A DNA stretch of 63,767 nt, counting the filler, from Collodictyon triciliatum (Eukaryota): assembly GCA_043381765.1 (NCBI GenBank). It is 5 parts of 5 records of this genome, joined end to end, with 100 filler letters (N's around TTAATTAATTAA, not from the genome) between each part and the next. Parts side by side here need not be neighbours in the genome. Positions count along the whole stretch, not along the records: positions 1 to 20,730 come from JBHJMP010001220.1; positions 20,831 to 40,143 come from JBHJMP010001221.1; positions 40,244 to 60,873 come from JBHJMP010001223.1; 2 more parts are not named here. One strand, written 5' to 3'. The notes under the pieces are model-generated. The model did not search any database. It saw only the letters and a program-made list of their open reading frames with translations, and had not been told where the DNA came from. Of the stretch, positions 13,163-44,500 are shown piece by piece; the stretch's first letter is position 1; each line of letters starts with the position of its first letter. Both the position numbers and the translations under genes were made by a program.

Positions 13163-16100
13163 ATGCGCCCTTTGGTTTGGCTCCGCAACGATCTTCGTCT
13201 TCGAGATAACATTGCCGTTCACGCTGCTTCGAAGGTACAAAAGAAACGATGAAGTATTGACGACAACTCTAAATAACAGAGCCCTGCATAAAATAGACAG
13301 GTTCGCCAATACTGTTCTTCTGCTTTGACAAACGCCAGTTTGCCCAGCTGCGCTATGGGTTTCGAAAAACTGGTGTCTGGAGAGGCCGCTTTCTTCTTGA
13401 AAGTGTATCAGACCTGCGAAGGTACTGCTCGCCATGTGACCATGTCGACATTATTGTATTCACCAACGATATTGCATATTTATATTATCAGTTTGCACAA
13501 AAATGCCATTGTCTATCTTTCAGCTCAACAACATAGAAAAGTGCCTAAAAACAAAAGAATTCCTATCTCTGACTCACACCCCACCTAAATCTTTAATTGC
13601 ACATAATCACGAAAATAACAGACTTAAAAAACATACAGGTCGTGCCAACTACTAAACTCGGATGTTGTAATCCGCGTGGGCAAGCCGAGTACTCACATTG
13701 AAGACATTATTCGAAAGTACAAAATTACGCAGTTGTTCTTGCAAACAGAGACAACAAGCGAGGAGGTATGTATGTAGTAGCCCTGCTGTCTGCAAGTATG
13801 CCATAATTATTTAGTTTTTTGTGATGTTGTCTCCATACCTCCTGCAATTATTAATTCGATGCCAACCATATTAACATACTAGTTGGATGCCGAGGAAGAG
13901 GTTCGAAAAGTGTGCGCAGCGAACAAGACACCAATAAACTCGGTTTGGGGAAGTACAATGTTCCACTTGGATGACCTTCCATTTGATGCCAGAGACTTGC
14001 CAGACGTATTCACAGCCTTCAGAAAAAGAGTGGAGAATGAATCCCAGGTAAACTCTCATCTAGTCCACATGTGCGTTCAAGTTGACTCCTTCGCAAGACA
14101 TTCAACTGAAACTTTCTTGCAAGTACACTAATTCACACAATTATGCTGTATGTTTCCAAACTTGAAGATACGAAGATGTGTCCCCGCACCAACCTCTCTC
14201 GATCCACTTCCTGAATGTTGGTCGCTCTTTCTACCTCAAGCAACACAATTTCATACATTTGAAATGATTCATTTTGCGTTTAAAAACTCAATCTGCGCGA
14301 TAAACATATCGATTTCCCTCGTCGCATACAATTCAAACCATGATTGTATTAACATTTACAGCGATACCTCCTGGGAATATACCGTCTCTCATAGAACTGG
14401 GCTTTGACGAAAGAGAAGCACAAAAGGCCCAGAGAAGACCAGGGAGTCAAACAGGATTTTCTCTTAATGGTAAAGTATACGGCCCTGATATGGCATGACA
14501 GATTCATGACTTTCGAGACCTGATTCCGTTGTACCCTTCAAAAGAACATCTTTAGATGGCCACCCAATTAATTTATATATCTCTGCAGGAGGGGAAAGCC
14601 ATGCTCTCAACAGAATGAACGATTTCATATGGACAAAAAACCTCCTGCGAGAATACAAAGTATGGGCTTAGCATGTCTCAATCCCGCCGCATCTCATTCA
14701 AAACACATCACCAACCATTCTTTGGCTGAGGTGGTTGATAACTAGAGATTTCATAGGATATTAGAAATGGGATGCTCGGCATGGACTATTCCACCAAACT
14801 ATCGCCTTATTTGGCACTGGGTTGCATTAGCCCCCGACAGATATACGAAGAGGTGTGGACTTAGCATCCTCAATATTACGTGCACATACTACCAATCTTT
14901 TGAGCAGTTTTCAAAAACCTGAGAACTGAATGGCTTTTTCCGAACCTTACATCCATGATTTTTTTATAGGTCATTAGATACGAAGCAGAACGAGAAAAGA
15001 ATGACTCTACCTACTGGCTCTTATTTGAACTTGTATGGAGGGACTACTTTCGGTTCGTGTCAATGAAATATGGAAGTCGCTTATTCTTCAGAGACGGAAT
15101 GATTGGGGCCGGAAAGCGCAAGAAATGGCTGTCGAATCCTGTGCACCTCGAGGCTTGGAAGCACGGAAAGACCGGATTTCCTCTCGTAGACGCAAATATG
15201 CGTGAAATGATGCACACAGGGTGAGTAATCAGGGAGAAAGGTTTCTATGTGATGAAAGTAGCTCATATATCTGCTCCAGGCTTGAGCTTAGAGTTCAATT
15301 GACCGTATTGTTTTATTTTTATTGTTATTGTTGCTCCTGCTGTTCTAAAACAAGAAAAAATTAATGCTGCATGCCGCAAACCAGATTTATGTCGAACAGA
15401 GGGAGACAAAACGTAGCCAGCTTTTTTGCTAAAGACTTGCAGCTTGATTGGAGAATAGGTGCGGCATGGTTTGAAAACTGCTTGGTAGACTATGATGTGT
15501 GCTCGAACTGGGGCAACTGGCAATACGTCAGCGGGGTAAATACTTAATACTTTATGTCATACTCAACCTGCCAATCAAATCATTACTCAGTCGCACCTGT
15601 TGTACTGTTCTGAAAGTAACTCACTTAAAATTGCAAACCTCACAAAAACAAACAAAAAAATTATTCCTAATGTCACCTGCCATTTATTATCCCCAGGAAC
15701 CCCATCACATTCATTTCCTTGCCTTTCTCTGTTCTTTGTTTTTTGTTTTTTTCTTTTTGTGTGATTTTTCCATTTTCTGGTTTCCCATACTTCCGTTAAC
15801 GCCCTTGTTCATCTACCAGGTGGGTAATGACCCCCGAGAAGACCGCCACTTCAACGTCACCCGCCAAGCGATGATGTACGACTCGAAAGGGGATTACATT
15901 CGATACTGGATTCCAGAGCTTGCTCAAGTTCCAACGAGTCAAATATTCGAGCCATGGAAACTGTCTCTTTCCGAGCAGGTATGAATACATCTGTCATGCA
16001 AATACCTCTTCCTTTTTTTTTTTATCTTCCAAAAGTGTCTACCAAATAGAATATTAATCTGCGTCGCCTTTTCTTCTTCCTTCTTTTGCAAAATCTATCG

Positions 16101-16335
16101 GTGCTCAGAGTCTTGATTTTGTGCATATGTTGCAGAATATTATTTAAATTGCGCATTCACACTTCTTATCTCTTAATTCACCCCGAAGGAGAAGTTTGGA
16201 GTCAGGCTCGGCGTAGATTATCCTGTTCCAATTATCGGCACCGACGCGTTCCGAACGCCTAATTCGAATCCCAGTAGCGGGCCAGGGAAAGCCGCGCGCG
16301 GTGGGAAGGTGGTTCATGGTTTCACACGGCGATAA
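13163..16335 (+). CDS. cry-DASH: Cryptochrome DASH (photolyase/cryptochrome family), multi-exon
   Basis: [16 protein letters not shown] start; [102 protein letters not shown]. These are DASH-subfamily-type signatures. Stop TAA at 16333-16335. Confidence 0.93.
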
Positions 16336-16588
16336 AGCCCGCACATCTGCTGCCAGTCTTGAGAATCTTTGGAAAGGACATAAACCAACAAATGCCCATG
16401 TCATCCCACTCTGCGACACTCATACCAGCCCATAGCCAAAAGGCATCTCGAGAAGGACGCAAACACATCTTGGTGGAATTCTTCGATAATTAATTAGTAA
16501 AAAAAAAACAATTGATGTTTAATAGTACTGCAGAATGGGATATCCTCTCTTCTTCTGTTCACTCGGGTGGACCGCGTAGTGGCACCGG

Positions 16589-18611
16589 CTAGGGACTCGC
16601 GGCTGCATTGCCTCTGGGGGACGAGTCGAGTTCCTTGGCCAGCTTGCGATACTCTTGGAAGTATTCCGTCTGTATGGTCATTTCCCACAAAGAAAATGAC
16701 AGGGGGAAAAAAACAGCTCAAAACAGGCGGTCAAAGAGGAGAGAGTATGCAGGACGAATGGCACAAGGGCGAGACATTGAATTGATATTGTAGAGGACAA
16801 ACAAAAGTGCGCGATTTAGACTCGAATTGCAATTTACCGCTTTGTGAATATCGCCCAAACACTCGTAAACGTGCCCGATGTTTGCATTCGATGCTGCCTC
16901 GTAGTTCCTTTACATTTCACGTAAATTAGTTTTTACAGCAGATATTCTACCATTATTTGCTACAAAGAGACGGTAGAAGCTAAAAGTTGTTGTTTTCTTC
17001 CTTTTTGTTTAAAAAAAAAAACACAGAGAATATCTAGAATGTAATTATTTAGAAGCATGTTAAGGTCACCGGTCACCAAGCTCAAGGGACATCATCAAAC
17101 AGCGTTGGAAAGAGTCTAGTCCCTATGATTTACAAATGATATTAGAACAGCCTATTCATTCGCCCTTTTATGTACGATTCAAGATAATTTACCCCGTATC
17201 CTCAATGCCAAAGATTATTAATTTAATTTTTCATTATCATTATTTATTACTTTAGAAATAGGTTTTGTTCTGTATATGTTAGTGCAATGAGCACCTTGAT
17301 GTGGTAAAGCAAGGGAGGAAAAGAGAAGTGAAGATAGACCTTTTCAAATTGCTTTGATTTGCAGAGAGCATGGCCAAGATTACAGCATGCTTTATATTCG
17401 TTTCTGGTCTCTGCCAGTTCTTCAGTCATACGCAAATCCAAGGTGTGATGCTCAATAGCCTTTTCGTGCCAACCTGGCCACAGTGAACGAAAGAAGAAAA
17501 CTGAACTAATTGTTTGAATTCGACTGGATAGATAGATTGAAAATGAGTTCATCTGGGCTCTTCATATAAGATAAATCACCTATAGATTGGTAACTAAGCC
17601 CAAGCCATGAATGAAAATCACACTCAATCGGCTTCGAACCAACAACACTTGCGTCCAATGCACCACGATGAAAACACTAAGGAATGAACAGTTTTGAATT
17701 AGCTTCATCCTTTTATCGAAGTATGTATGCTCCTCATAATAAATTGCCTGGAGGGCCTTCTGATGCAATTTGGACTCGTATAGCCGCTTTCCTTTGTGGA
17801 AATATGCTTCAGCTTGCTGCGGTGGTTGAAAATTTAATGGTAAGTGAAGAAAGGCAAATGAATTAAGCTATCTACACATCATCTAGCACGCCTCAAAAAT
17901 AATGTTACCCTAAGCCGCCTCATTTTCCATACAAGCTCTTCGTTGTCGTGTAAATTACCTCCAGATTCGTGAGCTTTCTGTTGAAACGTATATGATTCAA
18001 ACTTGATGAAATTTAAAAATTGACAGAAATATATTGCTGTATTTGTTTAAAGATTTCAAGTCTGGGGTGCGAAGTTGACTTGTGAACTTTGGTGCCAAAA
18101 GAATATCGAATGTATATCGGCATACATATAATACATTTTAAATGCATTTCTTGGCATATACTTTAGCTGATTGCGTTAGCACAGAGTATGCTTTCGCGAA
18201 ATTTGGTTCTTTTTCACATCGAAACCTAGACTTGTTTTGAAACTCCGATGTTGCTTTCCTTGTGTACTGCCTATGCCATCACCATATTTACGTTAACAAG
18301 TGCTCCACGATATCAAAAGTTCTTTAGGAAAAATGAAGGGAAAAGACTTATGAAGTCATCCTCATACACAAATGTTGAAAATCTTGCCAGCAGGAATATC
18401 ATAGGAGTTTGTTTCGGTTGTTGTATTTTCTTGATTCAAAATTTTGAATGAAATATGAATAAATCAATTACTTAAGCACGTGATTGACAACCAAACTGGA
18501 TGGTGGATCTAGTATATGGTCGACTCTCTATATCAGTGAGGGCAAATCAATGAAAATACATATATATTAGAAGTGCAATGCATCCATCACCAGATGAAAA
18601 TCAGGATGATG

Positions 18612-18678
<67 letters not shown>

Positions 18679-20272
18679 TAAAAGGCGCAATACAAATCAA
18701 CATTCCGAACCAGGTTCCCAACACGCTCCAAAGTATCCACCCATAACTGGGTAAAATTTATGGCTAGTTTATCTTGAGGGATTTTTGGCCTAGGGGCACT
18801 CCAGGTTGTTCGCGAACTGAAGTTTAATGATAATTTTCACCATATTAAAGTATTTGCATAAAAGTGAATGAGCTTCATGTGTTTACGTATATTCAGAGCC
18901 AGAAGTGAATAAACCACGACAAACCTCGTGCTCATAGACTTTGATGATGAGGAAGATACAGATGGAAGGACAAGAGGAATCTCAGAGAGGTTCGGGCTTT
19001 TCGATCTTCGGTTTTTTGCGTTGTTGGAGGGTGGTCGGTGAATCTGAAATCTGAATGTGGTAATATCCAGATTAATTCATCACACTTGTGAAATATCTTC
19101 CAATCATCCTGCTACTGTTAGTCAATGAGCTGAATTATAAAGAAAACTGATGATGTTGTTAAAAATGAGTACTTATTGGAATAATTCAATCTACGCACTT
19201 CTCATTTCATGTATGGATTTTAAAAAAATCAGCATTGCCAAAAAAAAATAATCATACTCGTCAGATGAAACGTTGTGATTCTCAGACATGTCATCGATGT
19301 TTGGAAATAACTAAAATTTTAGCTTCAATTAGTGAGGGGGAATTCAAGAAAAGTTCCATATTTTGAAGTCATGAATGTGTGTATTTTTATCATTTTGTAC
19401 ATTTATTCTTGACATCATCTGTGTGATGCATAAAAAATGCAACCTGATCAACAGGATTGAAGTCTGCCCAGAGTTGTTTTTGAAAGATCATTCTAAGGGC
19501 AACCTTTTTTGATTCGACCGGAAAAGGGCATAATTTTCTGAATAGAAAGTATCCTCATGTTTAATACAGGAAACATAGTGAACAGATTTTAATAAATCAT
19601 GTAGGGGATGCATTTATTAAGTAGTGAGCCATATGGATTCGTATTCGAAAGAAAAAATGTAGAAAGAGCTTTAAAGAATATACAGATGCTTTGAATCGAA
19701 TAAAGGGAAAATAAGAATATACAAATTATCGATTTAATGGAATGTTTTTTTTTATTACTCGGCTTCTTTCATGAATCCAGCCGCCGCTAAAGCAAGGCCA
19801 ACACACTCCAGACTTTCGCTCATTCTCATTTTATCTCCTATTTAATCATGTGTTTAATTAGCCTTCATTCATATTTGATTTATACATGAATTTAACATCA
19901 TCGAAAAGTAAAAAAAAAAACCTGTTTGTCGGACTAAATAAGCTCTCTTTTTGAAAGACTCCACCGATTTTTCAGTTTCATTCGATAATGCAAGTGCGCT
20001 GCCGTACTTGATTCATAAAAGGACTTAGTAAGGGTCTAATGAACATTCATTTCATTCATATAGCATGAGGATATAAGCGAGGCAGACAGAAAAATAAAAG
20101 GTACCATCCCGTAAAAGGTAATGAGAGTTTCCTGGTCCTCGATGTTTTGCAGGGCATCGATGCACAGTTCCAAAGGCGCAGCAGCATCCTTGAGATATAA
20201 ACCAATTACGTCATTGTCTTCTTTTTCTTCATTTTCTAAAGAGAATGTGTAAGCAGTTTTGGCAAGGGGCAT
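16589..20272 (-). CDS. Tetratricopeptide-repeat protein (C-terminal TPRs of the TTC28/GPSM type), multi-exon; start and middle exons uncertain
   Basis: C-terminal spliced exons read AIEHHTLDLRMTEELAETRNEYKACCNLGHALCKSKQFEK-GLDSFQRCLMMSLELGDRNYEAASNANIGHVYECLGDIHKA-TEYFQEYRKLAKEL, ending at TAG. Helical N-terminal exons (e.g. ESLECVGLALAAAGFMKEAE) and an S/P-rich linker lie upstream. Confidence 0.65.
18612..18676. repeat. (AAT)n microsatellite, intronic
   Basis: Direct tandem repeat. Confidence 0.9.
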
Positions 20273-20654
20273 GCCACATACGGGAACCAGAAGAAAAAAG
20301 TTTTGAGACGTGTGGCACTTGATTCTTTACTCAAAAAAATATATGGAAGGGACGAGTAGCAGAGGAAGGCTTCCTTGATTTTCATTCTAAATGGAAACGT
20401 GAGAAATGACCCCCACCTGAAACTGGTGCGATTCGAAGCTATCTACACTGCTCAGTAAAAGCCTGTTAACTTGTGCTATTTGGTGCCGTTGATAGTCGAA
20501 TGTGGGAGTATTCATATCTAAGGCAGCGAGGTAACTATTCTGTTTAGTTGACAGTTTGATGATCTTTTGTATTTTTGTTGGTTTTGGTTTTGGTTTTGGT
20601 TTTGTTTTTTGTTTTTATTTTTGTTATTGTTTCTTGTTTTTTTGTTTTTTTTTT

Positions 20655-20730
<76 letters not shown>

Positions 20731-20830
20731 NNNNNNNNNNNNNNNNNNNNNNNNNNNNNNNNNNNNNNNNNNNNTTAATTAATTAANNNNNNNNNNNNNN
20801 NNNNNNNNNNNNNNNNNNNNNNNNNNNNNN
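20731..20830. other. Artificial contig-joining spacer (N44-TTAATTAATTAA-N44)
   Basis: The same 100-bp spacer occurs four times; TTAATTAATTAA places stops in all six frames. Confidence 0.95.
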
Positions 20831-20866
20831 TTTTTTTTTTTTTTTTTTTGCATTCACACAAAACCT

Positions 20867-21780
20867 TTGTCTTTAAAGAAAAAGGCACTCAAAAAACCAC
20901 CGACACTGAAAAATGAAGACGATATGGACAACAGCGGGAAGGACTATCATGATTTTACCGCGTGTGAAGTCACAGTCGAACTTCATTTGGACAGTGATAG
21001 CTTCAGCGAGACAAGTGACGAGGCCAACACTGCCAACCATCCGGTTGAAGTTGAGCCAAACATAACAAGCTTTCCTTCTAGTGAGACTTGTGAGTATTTC
21101 TCGTTTGACATTATAGTATGCAAATTCTTTTAGGAGCGATTAGCTTCATTTTTCACGTCTGGAAAGCAAAATAAACTAATCAACTGAATCATCTATTCTA
21201 GAAACACTAATATGTTTTCATGGAACCTTTTTTTTTTTTACAACAATGATAGTAAATGCAATTTCGCTTTGTTAGTGATAGAATCGACAGAAAGCACAAA
21301 CGCTGGTTGTAAAGATGGAAAAAATGAAGACGTCGAAGTGCTTGAAAAAACGGGCTCGTAAGGTTGGCGAATGAAATGAGTTTTAGCCTCTATCGCGCTC
21401 ATCGACACAGATCTCAAATTCTCATCCTTCGCTCATCTTTTTTCTTTTTCGCCGTGAACATCTCCCACACCCGAGTTATCTCTCTTGAATGTTGAAATTT
21501 TCTATCTTGCTTTGTTTCCAAGACCTCCCATACCTTAATATCCTTCTCATGTTGGCAATCTTAAGACTAAATCTTTCTCAGATATGGCTATAGTGAATAA
21601 AATAAATCACACTCGCAGTGAGCTCTCAGGTTTTCTAAAAACTGCGCTCGTGAGGCCCAAATGTCATCATGAATATCTTGTTGCCAATTCAACAGCAGCC
21701 GTCCTCCTAATACATTAATTTGTTGAAATGCAGCCGGATTCCAAGATGGCGGCACAGCAGTTTCGGTGGGTGGTTTAACA
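20867..21780 (+). CDS. Possible 3' exons of an acidic, low-complexity hypothetical protein
   Basis: Acidic ORF (EDDMDNSGKD...SETSDEAN) ends at a GTGAGT donor near 21090. Plausible further exons at about 21276-21357 and 21734-21778. No recognisable domain. Confidence 0.35.
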
Positions 21781-22118
21781 TGTGGGGTATTATTTCTGGG
21801 CACATTGAATATCACGTTGATATAGCTCCAAAAGAAAACGGTACAAAGGATTTACCGTTTTTGAAATGCCTATTGTCTATTGCCTATCGTCTATTGTCTA
21901 TTGTCTAAAACAAACAGGTTGCTCATACTATACCACATGAAGCAACTGAAGTGAGTGATGATGTTTTCCAAGTATTCCCTGTTGCAGCATATCTGCATCC
22001 ACTTAACCCCTTCATAATAACTCGAATCATTTACAACAACCAACAAAGTGCAAGTTTCGTCAAGAGTAATAAGTCAGTAATAGTATTTGAAGGTATTCGT
22101 CGTCTTCTTTTATTCTTG

Positions 22119-22212
22119 GATTTTGATTTTGATTTTGATTTTGATTTTGATTTTGATTTTGATTTTGATTTTGATTTTGATTTTGATTTAGATTTAGATT
22201 TAGATTTAGATA
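22119..22212. repeat. (GATTTT)n grading into (GATTTA)n hexamer microsatellite
   Basis: Direct tandem repeat just downstream of the kinase gene stop. Confidence 0.9.
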
Positions 22213-22265
22213 TTCATCATGTCTGAGCTATATCAGCGATATGAAGCACAGAGTACGGACGTCAG

Positions 22266-33595
<11,330 letters not shown>

Positions 33596-34287
33596 ATTTC
33601 ATATGAAAAATAATTGGCATTCCAGATGCATAGAATTAATATAACTTGAGGGCAAATAATAGAGCAAACTNNNNNNNNNNNNNNNNNNNNNNNNNNNNNN
33701 NNNNNNNNNNNNNNNNNNNNNNNNNNNNNNNNNNNNNNNNNNNNNNNNNNNNNNNNNNNNNNNNNNNNNNNNNNNNNNNNNNNNNNNNNNNNNNNNNNNN
33801 NNNNNNNNNNNNNNNNNNNNNNNNNNNNNNNNNNNNNNNNNNNNNNNNNNNNNNNNNNNNNNNNNNNNNNNNNNNNNNNNNNNNNNNNNNNNNNNNNNNN
33901 NNNNNNNNNNNNNNNNNNNNNNNNNNNNNNNNNNNNNNNNNNNNNNNNNNNNNNNNNNNNNNNNNNNNNNNNNNNNNNNNNNNNNNNNNNNNNNNNNNNN
34001 NNNNNNNNNNNNNNNNNNNNNNNNNNNNNNNNNNNNNNNNNNNNNNNNNNNNNNNNNNNNNNNNNNNNNNNNNNNNNNNNNNNNNNNNNNNNNNNNNNNN
34101 NNNNNNNNNNNNNNNNNNNNNNNNNNNNNNNNNNNNNNNNNNNNNNNNNNNNNNNNNNNNNNNNNNNNNNNNNNNNNNNNNNNNNNNNNNNNNNNNNNNN
34201 NNNNNNNNNNNNNNNNNNNNNNNNNNNNNNNNNNNNNNNNNNNNNNNNNNNNNNNNNNNNNNNNNNNNNNNNNNNNNNNNNNNNNNN

Positions 34288-39908
<5,621 letters not shown>

Positions 39909-40078
39909 TGATTTCACTCGATTTGGTTTTATTTGATTTAGTTTGGTTTCGTTTTGTCTTGGAAATACGTATGCATCTATAAGTTCACATGGATTCATCA
40001 TCGTCTCTTTACATAAATACATTCATAGTTCATGATATCATATTTTCTTACCTGCTCTTTTGGTTTAACAAGGCGGTT

Positions 40079-40143
<65 letters not shown>

Positions 40144-40243
40144 NNNNNNNNNNNNNNNNNNNNNNNNNNNNNNNNNNNNNNNNNNNNTTAATTAATTAAN
40201 NNNNNNNNNNNNNNNNNNNNNNNNNNNNNNNNNNNNNNNNNNN
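40144..40243. other. Artificial contig-joining spacer
   Basis: N44-TTAATTAATTAA-N44. Confidence 0.95.
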
Positions 40244-40400
40244 TTCTTGTTTCTTCTTGTTTCTTCTTGTTTCTTCTTGTTTCTTCTTGTTTCTTCTTGT
40301 TTCTTCTTGTTTCTTCTTGTTTCTTCTTGTTTCTTCTTTTCTTCTATTCTTCTTTTCTTCTATTCTTCTTTTCTTCTTTTCTTCTTTTCTTCTTTTCTCC
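40244..40400. repeat. (TTCTTCTTGT)n decamer repeat decaying into a pyrimidine tract
   Basis: Direct tandem repeat at the contig start. Confidence 0.85.
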
Positions 40401-41532
40401 TTTCTCATTACATGATTCATTTGTGTGTGCTAGTTGCCATGTGATTGGAAAAGGTTTGAAGCAAGGCTATGGTTGTTGTGGCTCGCTCTGTCTTTGCACT
40501 CGCACTCTACGGTTCTTCAGCTCCCACGGAACTATGGGGATTGTGAGAGGCGGCCTTGTGTCCTGTCGAATCACTGTGTCTTGCCCACACACCAAATAAA
40601 ACGTCAGTCGAGCAAACTCATGCAGAAGTGGCACCTGACTTGAGTTGGAAGGCACAGTTGAATATTCTATGAATTCAACCAAAATTACTTTGATGGAATC
40701 ATTTGATTTACATAATTTCTTTGTATGTTTATTCTTTATGAATGTTCTAGGTTTCATGATATGGGTTGTTATTGTTGACCTTCCAAGAGACTCCAAGTTC
40801 AGATATCAAAATAATATATAGAAATCTTATTATTCCAAGGTTTTTTATATTACAATAATTTAAAAGCATATAATGATGGCTAATTTAATATTTACATATA
40901 TATTCCGCATTTAGTTTTCGTCTGGGGGTGTGATCTGCTCTTGTTTCGTGTGCTGGGTCGAAGATCACAAAGCACTCTCGTGTGTCGGGGTGGGCAGGTA
41001 GTTTGATGAGATCGACTCTCGGCTTGCTGTTGAATTCATACAATAGTTACAGGCCATGAAGCTCGCAAGCAAACAGAAGGATCTTCTTCACTGGGGGCAC
41101 AACCTCTTCAAAGGTCGGTTGCTCCCTTTATCTGTACCTGGCATGAAACAATCGCCGTTGCCTACTTTGACCATTCAGTCCCTGAAACCCGAAGGACCGC
41201 CACTTCTTCCCTTCCGCTCAGGCTCTCTATTCATGCATGAACAACAATGTATCATAGGAATTCCTACAGCATTCTCGCATCAGTCGACGACACCAAATGG
41301 CCGGCTTCACTCAAACTTTGTTCATGCAAATACAAACTCTCCAAGTATGCGAATATCTTGTGATGTCATCTTTTCAGTTTGTGTCGTTAATTCGTGCAAT
41401 ATAATATAAAGAAATGTTGGGAAAATATTAATGTTCAACATTTAAGTTAGTTTTTTACTTTTTCATTTATTTATTTATTTATTTATTTATATATTTATTT
41501 CAGTAAAACCTGATCTTATTGAACTGGTGTAG

Positions 41533-44500
41533 GTACTGTACTTGGAGAGAAGCAAAGAGATTTACTTACCCCCTCAGAAGAAAGAGATCTCGAGGAAATC
41601 ATCCGGTATGTCCTGATTAAAATCACGATAAAGATTTAACAGGAAGACTTAAAAAAAAAAAAGAACGGAAGAAAATGCAATCATAATTCCAGGAATTTGA
41701 ATGCACTATTTTCTTTTCTCTTTGAAAACAAAGAGGCTATTATCATATTTTGAACTTCAAGTTTATGATTTTTAGTGCCTAAAGAAATTAATTATGAATA
41801 TGCAGCGACTCTTCGAACCTTGAAAACATAGACATACTTGTGACAGGTCTTAACGAGCAAATCACCGAGCTTGAAGATGTAAAAAAAAAAAAAAATACCA
41901 GAAAATTGAATGTTTTGTAGCCTCTTTTCGATGCGATATCATGCACCTTCACTGTATCATGTAATTGCTACAGGAAAACATGCAAGGCATTTTGCGTGCA
42001 AACGAGCAAGTATCAAAGATTGTCTCTGCATTGGAAAACTGCATGAGCCAACTAAATCGCCTGGAGGGTTGGATTGGGGAGAATTATCAAGACCTCGAAG
42101 TAAACCAAATAATGTTTATCAAAAAAAATCATACTTAAAATCACTTTGAATTGATCAAGATTAATTATGTATCAGTATTTCAACATTTAAAAAAATCCGC
42201 CTTTAGAATCATGGTAGATGTAAATAAATATATAAATAAATAATAATCAGCGCATGAAGATCGATTTGAACAGCATCGAAGGGACTAATAGCAAAGTGCA
42301 AATAAGATCGACCAACCAACGGTTATTGCAAAAAGAGCTTAGTTTATTGGAGGTATGAATATCCATAATGTGGTGTAATTTATACAAGAAAAATATCAAA
42401 ATTAGTGACTTTCTTATCCCTCCCAAATATATATATATATTCCTTATAATGGTGTCTCGATATAAAGAGCAATATATCTTACTCTGATGACCGCTTGGAC
42501 TTTGACGTAATTGATTATCAAGACGAGAAAGAAGCAGAGCGGACATTGTCAGGTAATGAAGGCAGCAATGATCTGGTGTACACAAACTCTGCTTTCTATC
42601 TAATTATATTTTTTTATGAATATAATTCTCTGCCTCTAGCTGTTCGTGACTTGATGCAATTACGTGAGAGGATTAACACGGGAGAAGTTTCGGAGATGCA
42701 AACCATTCAGTTCATACTCTATTTAATGAATCATTTTATTATTTTAGATATAAACGCGCTTTTCGTATTAAAAAGGACATTTATGTGTAAATATGATGAG
42801 ATAATGATATCGTTTAATTTTATATACCTAGAATAAAAAGATATCAGATAGCTAAAATACTCTGCTTTTTCCCGTCTTTAGGAAGATTTTATCCCAACTC
42901 ACTCAACAGCAGCATGCATTTGTTAAAAGTTTTTCGCATCATGTAGAGACCAGGCTCGAAGATTTGGTTCTTTTTCCCCAAGAAAATTAAATGACGCGCT
43001 CAAATAATAAAAAAAAATATTTTAGTTACCACGTTTTTGTAAAGAAACCTATCTAAAATGAAACAAATACATCGATATGTTTGCACAAAATATCATGAAT
43101 CATCCTCTTCGTAAAGTTGCGTCTTTTTTTCCAAATTAAGTTCTAATTCATAATAATCCCTAAATCAGGCTGGTTCAGCCATCGAGAGTCGGCGCAAACA
43201 AACAAAGAAGGGTGATTTGCAGCTCAGAGGTAGAGTAAAATTAATCTAATTCATAGAGTATCCTTTTCTGTTTTTATTTACACGGGTCCTTTCTAAATAG
43301 CTATATGTAGCCTCATTTAATTGGCTTATTAATCAACAAGGATATTAAAATCGAAATTTTCACGCTTATGAACTTCAGGTTATCAAGGAGTACGGGAGGG
43401 ACTTTTAAAGTATGTAGATTTAATGGAATGCCTCCGCGTTATAGATCTAGAGGAACACAACAAATTCATGGAGGTATTTTTTAATTATTATTTTACTGGG
43501 ATGGTTTGGCTGAATGTAACGGCATTGTGTCCTCCTGTATTCAGGACTACAAAAGCACGATGAAAACGGTATATAAGAAAGCATTTTCTCACTTCTTTGG
43601 TGAACTGAGGCAGTATTCATTCAAGGTATACATCATTCGTACATATTTGGTGAATTTTAATTATATAAATGTATTACTACGTGTACGTCCTATCTATGAA
43701 AAGTAAAATAAAAGGTATAAATACATAAATATAGGACTTCAAAAAACACTTTAGTAAGTACGAAGAACCCATTCCACTTTCCTTGGTTCAGTCTTATTAC
43801 AGGAGATAGTCATTCATATGAATGTATCACACTACCTTGTTAACTAAAGAAGCTCCTGAATAAACTCAAATAAAGGACTTCTCCCTCTTGGGGATAAGCT
43901 GGAACACAAAGAGCCAAAAACCAAGAAAATGGCAGGTGCCAAAGGAGACTCGTCTAGTCTAACAACATCAAACCTATCAGACACGTAAACAAGCAAACAA
44001 ACAAACAAACAAACAAACAAACAAACAAACAAACAAACAAACAAACAAACAAACAAACAAACAAACAAACAAACACTTTTTCATCGAATATATATATATA
44101 TTCCCCTTCATTATACCCCAGCATCTCATACCTTATTGGATCACTCTTTTGCATTTTCATTTGCTATTATTTTACTTCAAACATCCTTCATGGCTCACAG
44201 CATTTCATTTTTAACTACCGATATGACTTACTAGAAATCATATTGCAAGATGTTCTTATCAGTATTAATGGTAGTAATGTTTAGGGAGAGTGAAATATCA
44301 TTCTTTATTGAGGAAGATACTATAGGTGCTGATTACTTGTTAACAAAACGTTTTTAGGTCGCTTTCGTTTTCTGGTGATTTCTTTATGCTCTCAAACTAA
44401 AATTTGAATCCTTTAGAGTCTGGGACACCCACATCAACAGAGATTAGGAATGAACCTAATTCGCCTAGAGGCGATAAGGGAGGGCTTAATGATAACTTTG

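Noticed and set aside
18785-18820. RTTWSAP as a WW-domain end in the TPR gene
   Set aside because: The preceding exon is S/P-rich and lacks the first Trp and the aromatic pair.
20775-20786. Palindromic TTAATTAATTAA recurring four times (possible transposon target or regulatory site)
   Set aside because: Always centred in identical N44 flanks; it is an assembly linker with six-frame stops.
40445-40500. GKGLKQG as a reverse-transcriptase GxRQG motif
   Set aside because: No following PLSP or YADD motif; too short to support.
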